This document shows positions 59,750 through 64,000 of a stretch of 64,000 nt of DNA, piece after piece; position 1 is the first letter of the stretch, and each line of letters opens with the position of its first letter. The notes under the pieces were generated by a model. It had not been told where the DNA came from. It searched no databases and was given only the letters and a program-made list of their open reading frames with translations. Location: NCBI GenBank assembly GCA_965219085.1, contig OZ244720.1:2336001-2400000 (forward strand), in the 5' to 3' direction. This stretch comes from Dehalococcoidia bacterium. GTDB taxonomy: Bacteria > Chloroflexota > Dehalococcoidia > UBA2979. The position numbers were made by a program, and so were the translations under genes.

Positions 59750-60325
59750 GTGACGAGCGACGCCAGTACCACCGGCACCGCGGACGACGCGCTGAGCGCG
59801 CGCCCGACGAGGCTCGTGCGGCTGCTCTGGGACGCCTTCGACGAACTCGAACGCGTCGCCGGGGCGCTGCCGACGCCCGGCCAGGGCCGTGCGATCGGGC
59901 GGCTCAACGCCGGCAGCTGGATCGTCGCGCACGTGGCGCAGCAGCAGGACGCGTACTGGTGCACCGGCGCGCAGGGTCTCGAGCCCGACGCGTGGCTCGC
60001 AGGCCTCGAGGTCGGCTTCGGCTCGGAGCCCTCGGTGCCGGACTACCGCGAGGCACTCGACGCGTTCGCACATATCCGCGCCCGCGCGATCCCGTACCTG
60101 CGCACGCTCCGCGACGAGGACCTCGACGCGGTCACGGAGGCCTCGGACGGGTCGGGGCGCGCGCAGACGGTGGGCGACCTGCTGGTGCGCGCCGTCGCGC
60201 ACGTCTTCGTGCACACGGGCGAGCTCGCGACGATCGCCTCGCTCGTCGGAGCGCCTGACCTCGGGGCGCCTGGTCGGCTCACGCACTCGACAGCGCCACC
60301 GCCTGGCGCGGCGGGCAACGAATAG
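59750..60325 (+). CDS. DinB/YfiT-superfamily (thiol transferase-like) protein
   Basis: His triad 'WIVAHVAQQQDAYW...AHVFVHTGEL'. Confidence 0.85.
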   Translation: MTSDASTTGTADDALSARPTRLVRLLWDAFDELERVAGALPTPGQGRAIGRLNAGSWIVAHVAQQQDAYWCTGAQGLEPDAWLAGLEVGFGSEPSVPDYREALDAFAHIRARAIPYLRTLRDEDLDAVTEASDGSGRAQTVGDLLVRAVAHVFVHTGELATIASLVGAPDLGAPGRLTHSTAPPPGAAGNE

Positions 60326-60376
60326 CCCGGGGGGTATCGCCCGGGCTTCGCTGTCGGTCGACCGAGGTAGCTCGGT

Positions 60377-61651
60377 CTAGACTTCCCGGACGAGCATCCC
60401 CGTGGGCTGGCGACGCCAACTGCGGAACTTCGCGTTCTTGATGCCGGCCGCCATCGCATAGTCGCGTGCGCGACGGATGAGGCCGGACGGCACGTAGATG
60501 TAGAGCGGCGCTTCGCCGTTCTCCAGGGGCGCCCACACCAGCTCTGCCTGCTGCCGCGTGACCGTCTCGCGGGTCTCGACCTGCGCGACGATGACCGGAC
60601 GGTTGCGCGGGTGCTCGACGACGACGATGTCGGGGAAGACCTGCGAGGTGGAGGCGCCGCCCGCCGTGAACTCCAGCGCCATCGTCGGCGTCGGCAGGTT
60701 CGTATACGTGCGGTACTCCGGGTGCGCCTCGTTCGGGTACTCGAAGCGGTCACGCGCGAGCTGGCGCACGACGACCTCGATCTCGAACTGGCGGGACTCC
60801 TCGCTGCGCCGCCACGGGGTACCCGCCTCGCGCCAGTCCATGACCGCGCGCTCGTGCTTGGCCGCGAACAGCCGCATGTCCTTGCCCTGCCCGTACAGGA
60901 ACAGCAGCAGAGCGAGCGGGGCGACGAGGATGGCGATCACGACGCCGAACGTGGAGGGACCGTCGACGCCCTCGAGGAGGAACTGGAGGTTCCCGACGTT
61001 GACGTCGCCGAAGCGGATGTTGTCGAGGACATCCCAGACCCCGGCGCCGCTGAAGGTCGGGCCCGGCGTGATGAAGATCGCCGCCAGCGAAACCATCAGC
61101 GCGATGAAGGCGACGAAGCTGACGGGCGACGGCAACTTGTACTGGTTCACGGCTGGGCCCGACATGTGCGGCGCCACGGCCTCGACCTGTCCGCCCCCGG
61201 CGGGAACGGGCGGGGGCGCTGCGGCGGCTGCCACCGCGGGAGCCTCCTCGGCGGGCTCGGCTTCGGCTTCGGCGGGCGCCTCAGCTTCAGCGGGGGCCTC
61301 GGCGGCCGCGGGCTCCGGCTCCGGCGCCGCCTCCTCGGCGGGCTCGGGCGCCGGCGGCGCGGCTGCGGGCGCTCCGCCGCCACCGACCTGCGAGCGGGCC
61401 GCCGTGGGGTCGTCGAACCACAGCTCGTTGATGGCGGTGAAGTGTGCCTGGTCGTCCGGCAGGTCGGGCTCGTCGAAGATCGCGTCGACGGGGCATGCGG
61501 GTTCGCACGCGCCGCAGTCGATGCAGGCCACCGGGTCGATGTAGAGCATCCGGTCTTCGCCTTCTTCGAAGTGGATGCAGTCGACCGGGCAGACCTCGAC
61601 GCAGGACTGGTCCTGCACGTCGATGCACGGTTGGGTGATGACGAACGTCAC
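60377..61651 (-). CDS. Ferredoxin - Pro/Ala/Glu linker - 2TM - PD-(D/E)XK-like fusion protein
   Basis: GTG 61651 (GGAGGG RBS); 7Fe/8Fe ferredoxin 'CIDVQDQSCVEVCPVDC...CIDCGACEPACP'; two hydrophobic helices; C-terminal 'FPDIVVV...VIVAQVET...W...LYIYVP'. Confidence 0.85.
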   Translation of the reverse strand: MTFVITQPCIDVQDQSCVEVCPVDCIHFEEGEDRMLYIDPVACIDCGACEPACPVDAIFDEPDLPDDQAHFTAINELWFDDPTAARSQVGGGGAPAAAPPAPEPAEEAAPEPEPAAAEAPAEAEAPAEAEAEPAEEAPAVAAAAAPPPVPAGGGQVEAVAPHMSGPAVNQYKLPSPVSFVAFIALMVSLAAIFITPGPTFSGAGVWDVLDNIRFGDVNVGNLQFLLEGVDGPSTFGVVIAILVAPLALLLFLYGQGKDMRLFAAKHERAVMDWREAGTPWRRSEESRQFEIEVVVRQLARDRFEYPNEAHPEYRTYTNLPTPTMALEFTAGGASTSQVFPDIVVVEHPRNRPVIVAQVETRETVTRQQAELVWAPLENGEAPLYIYVPSGLIRRARDYAMAAGIKNAKFRSWRRQPTGMLVREV

Positions 61652-62095
61652 GCGCTGCTCTCCCTCCAGTGAGGGGATGGCTCTCGCCTGCTTCGCGCGC
61701 AATCGTATCCGCGCGCTTCGCGAGCGTCTACGCCACCCGGGCTGCGATGTGCCTCGTCGTCGGTGAGGAGACGCCGCGAGGTGCTCGCGACGGCTCCCCG
61801 CCGGAGCCCGAATCCGTGTTTTCGTCTCCGCATCGGGCTCCTCGCCGGCCCCCGATGCGCCGATCGACGCGCCCGGCCGGGCGATTGCGCAGGCCCCCCA
61901 CTACAGGTCGAGGGCTACAGGTGGTAGAACATGTGCGACCGCGCTCGCGGGAGCGCGGTACTACGGGAGGCACGCTGCAGTGACATTCGTCATCACCCAA
62001 CCCTGCATCGAGGTCCGCGATCAGTCCTGTGTCGAGGTGTGTCCCGTCGACTGCATCCACTTCGAAGAAGGCGAAGACCGGATGCTCTACATCGA
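61536..62095. repeat. Perfect 50-bp inverted repeat (61536-61585 / 62046-62095) inside the two ferredoxin domains
   Basis: GTCGACTGCATCCACTTCGAAGAAGGCGAAGACCGGATGCTCTACATCGA is identical in both genes, starting at codon 23 of each. Confidence 0.9.
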
Positions 62096-62537
62096 GCCCG
62101 TCGTCTGCATCGACTGCGGCGCGTGCGAGCCCGCATGCCCGGTCAGCGCCATCTACGACGAGGCTGACGTACCCGATGACCAGGCGTTCTTCACGGAGCT
62201 CAACGTGCTCTGGTACACCGAGCCCGGTACCGTCCGCGCGCAGGTCGCCGACATCCCCGCCCTCGAGGGCGCCGAGGAGGCACGCGCCGCCGCGGAGGCG
62301 CGCGCGGCCGCGGAGGCCGCGGTGGCGGAGGCCGAGGCCGCAGCCGCCGATGAGCCCTCGCGCGGGCTCTACAAGTACGGCGAGGGCGGTGGTATCGAGG
62401 GCAAGTGCGTGCTCTGCGGCCAGTACGTCACCAAGGGCGGCGTCATGTTCCGCGCCAAGTCCGTCGCCTGCGCCGACTGCGCTGCCAGGGCCGAGCGCAT
62501 CCGCGACCCGTACCGCCAGGTCGCCGGTCGCCGCTAG
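61980..62537 (+). CDS. Ferredoxin - Ala/Glu helix - C4 zinc-finger fusion protein
   Basis: GGGAGG RBS; same ferredoxin motif; C-terminal 'CVLC-x17-CADC'. Confidence 0.88.
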   Translation: MTFVITQPCIEVRDQSCVEVCPVDCIHFEEGEDRMLYIEPVVCIDCGACEPACPVSAIYDEADVPDDQAFFTELNVLWYTEPGTVRAQVADIPALEGAEEARAAAEARAAAEAAVAEAEAAAADEPSRGLYKYGEGGGIEGKCVLCGQYVTKGGVMFRAKSVACADCAARAERIRDPYRQVAGRR

Positions 62538-62565
62538 GCCGCCGCGTGCGGCGCCGAGTCCGACG

Positions 62566-62751
62566 GTGAACCGCTACGTCGACGAGATGTCGCGTGAAGA
62601 CCTCGTCGAGGAGGTCAAGGATCTGCTGGTGCGCGGCGTGTTCCGCCACGACGAGGTCGCCGACCCGACGATCCTCGGGAGGGACGCGCTGCGCGCGCTC
62701 GTGAAACGCATCCGCCTCCGCATGCTGGTCGAGGGCCGTACGGCCGGCTAG
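62566..62751 (+). CDS. Small hypothetical helical protein (61 aa)
   Basis: VNRYVDEMSREDLVEEVKDLLVRGVFRHDEVADPTILGRDALRALVKRIRLRMLVEGRTAG*; normal codon bias. Confidence 0.6.
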   Translation: MNRYVDEMSREDLVEEVKDLLVRGVFRHDEVADPTILGRDALRALVKRIRLRMLVEGRTAG

Positions 62752-63428
62752 ACGGACGTCGCGGCGCCCCCGGGCGGCGGGTTCGGCCTCCGGATCTCGA
62801 TGTACTGCCAACGCTCGTCCTCGCGGACACGGTACGAGTGCTCGCGCACACCGAGGTACGCGCGCAGGGTGGCGCGCTCGTAGTCGGCGCGCGTGAGCGT
62901 GGCCCAAACGTCGAGTGCGTCGCGGAGGGCATCGAGGATGCGGTCGCGCGGCCACGTCGGGCCGGGGTCGGCCGCGCGCGAGGCGGGCGCGGTCATGCAG
63001 TGGCCGATCACGGTCTCCTCGGACGCCACGAGCCCGAGCTCGGCGAACAGCCAGCGGTGCACGCGAATCGTTGCCTGCACCTGCGGCTCCGGCCACGGCT
63101 CGCCGCTGAAGCCCTCGTGCTCGATGCCGATCGCGTAGTCGTTCGGGTTGGCGCCATGCGGCAGCAGTGACCATCGCGGCGGCGTGTCGGGGTCGAGGCG
63201 TCCCGCGTGCCAGGCCTGCCGCCGGATCGGCACGTGCTGCACGATGCGGCCGTCGCGGCCGATCGTGAAGTGCGCGGACTTGTGTGTGACCCGAGGGCGC
63301 TCGCGCGCCCAGCGGATCATCGTCGCCTGCCAGCCCTGCATGACGTGCGACATCACGCCGCGCGGCGCGATCGCGCCGCCCACCGCCGCCGTCTCGATGC
63401 GCTCGACGCCCGGCATCCACTCCGCCAC
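62748..63428 (-). CDS. N-acetylmuramoyl-L-alanine amidase (Amidase_2/AmpD-like)
   Basis: 'SAHFTIGRDGRIVQHV..AWHAG', 'NPNDYAIGIEHEG', 'VIGH...DPG'. Confidence 0.88.
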   Translation of the reverse strand: MAEWMPGVERIETAAVGGAIAPRGVMSHVMQGWQATMIRWARERPRVTHKSAHFTIGRDGRIVQHVPIRRQAWHAGRLDPDTPPRWSLLPHGANPNDYAIGIEHEGFSGEPWPEPQVQATIRVHRWLFAELGLVASEETVIGHCMTAPASRAADPGPTWPRDRILDALRDALDVWATLTRADYERATLRAYLGVREHSYRVREDERWQYIEIRRPNPPPGGAATSV

Positions 63429-63527
63429 CTGTACCGCCTTCCCGTGCGACCGGCAGTCACCGTACTGGCGCGGGCGCGGGCATCCGAGGGGCGGTTGGCA
63501 CTGTGACTCTGTCGCGCGGGAGCGCTG

Positions 63528-64000
63528 CTACGTCGTCGGGGTCGGGGCGGCGGACTCCTCCTCGAGGTAGGGCAGGATCGCGTCCATGAGGTCCGTCTCC
63601 GAGTCGAGCGTGCGCCCGATGCCGGAGAGCAGGCCCATCACGCGCGCGATCAGCACCACGTCGCCGGGCACCTCGACGAGCGGGTTGGCGCGCAGCACGC
63701 GGCCGAGCCGCAGGTTGACCTCGGCGAACAGTTGCTGGTCCGCGTAGGCCCGGCCGGAGCGCAGCACGTCGCCGAGGAACGCCTCGCCGAGCTCGTAGTA
63801 GGTCTCGTCGTCGCGGACTCGGGTGCGGAAGCCCATGTCCTCCATCGCGGTGGAGATCTCCGCGCGGTGCTGCGCGATGATCGCGCTCGTGAGCACCACC
63901 ACCTGCTGCCGGAACTCGTCCGGCAGCCGCTTCGTCAGCCCGAAGTCGACGAGGCCGATGCGCGCCGGCTCGCCGTTGCGCGGCGGCAGCACGAACAGGT
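63528..64000 (-). CDS. ABC1/UbiB (AarF) family atypical kinase, 3' part; begins beyond the window
   Basis: 'NLFV...RIGLVDFGLTKRL', 'VPGDVVLIARVMGLLSGIGRTLD'. Confidence 0.8.
   Translation of the reverse strand, partial: LFVLPPRNGEPARIGLVDFGLTKRLPDEFRQQVVVLTSAIIAQHRAEISTAMEDMGFRTRVRDDETYYELGEAFLGDVLRSGRAYADQQLFAEVNLRLGRVLRANPLVEVPGDVVLIARVMGLLSGIGRTLDSETDLMDAILPYLEEESAAPTPTT

Noticed and set aside
61898-61926. CTACAGGT direct repeat (61901, 61915) between the ferredoxin genes as NrdR boxes
   Set aside because: Poor match to the NrdR palindrome and 14-nt spacing rather than about 31; it may be an operator but cannot be supported.

Overview
Very GC-rich chromosomal segment. The gene set (GreA with an N-terminal extension, ccm cluster with accessory genes, many flavoenzymes, GAAC-N4-GTTC boxes) suggests an aerobic Chloroflexota, probably Dehalococcoidia-like; this taxonomy is inference. 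The backbone is housekeeping: helicase IV (partial), eno, xerD, pcm, uvrC, folP, nadE, a ~14.5-kb caa3 oxidase/ctaG/Ccm system I/ctaAB supercluster, two Gre-family genes, rsmG, tRNA-Ala(GGC), leuS, coaD-rsmD, htrA, lysS, serS and an ABC1 kinase (partial). Accessory patches: toxin-antitoxin genes at 6.7-8.5 kb, a frameshifted acyl-CoA dehydrogenase pair plus VOC gene at 8.6-12.1 kb, and a small defence-like islet at 15.3-17.7 kb (stand-alone EcoRII N-terminal domain, SRA-HNH nuclease, HEPN plus nucleotidyltransferase). Most notable unexplained structures: (i) a near-consensus promoter covered by three LexA-type boxes in front of a 59-aa single-TM ORF (59.4-59.7 kb); (ii) two divergent genes with near-identical ferredoxin domains fused to different outputs (2TM + PD-(D/E)XK-like; C4 zinc finger) that share a perfect 50-bp inverted repeat (60.4-62.5 kb); (iii) a greA-locus Gre factor lacking both catalytic acidic residues. 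All calls come from manual motif reading; no database searches were run. No CRISPR array, rRNA or transposase was seen.
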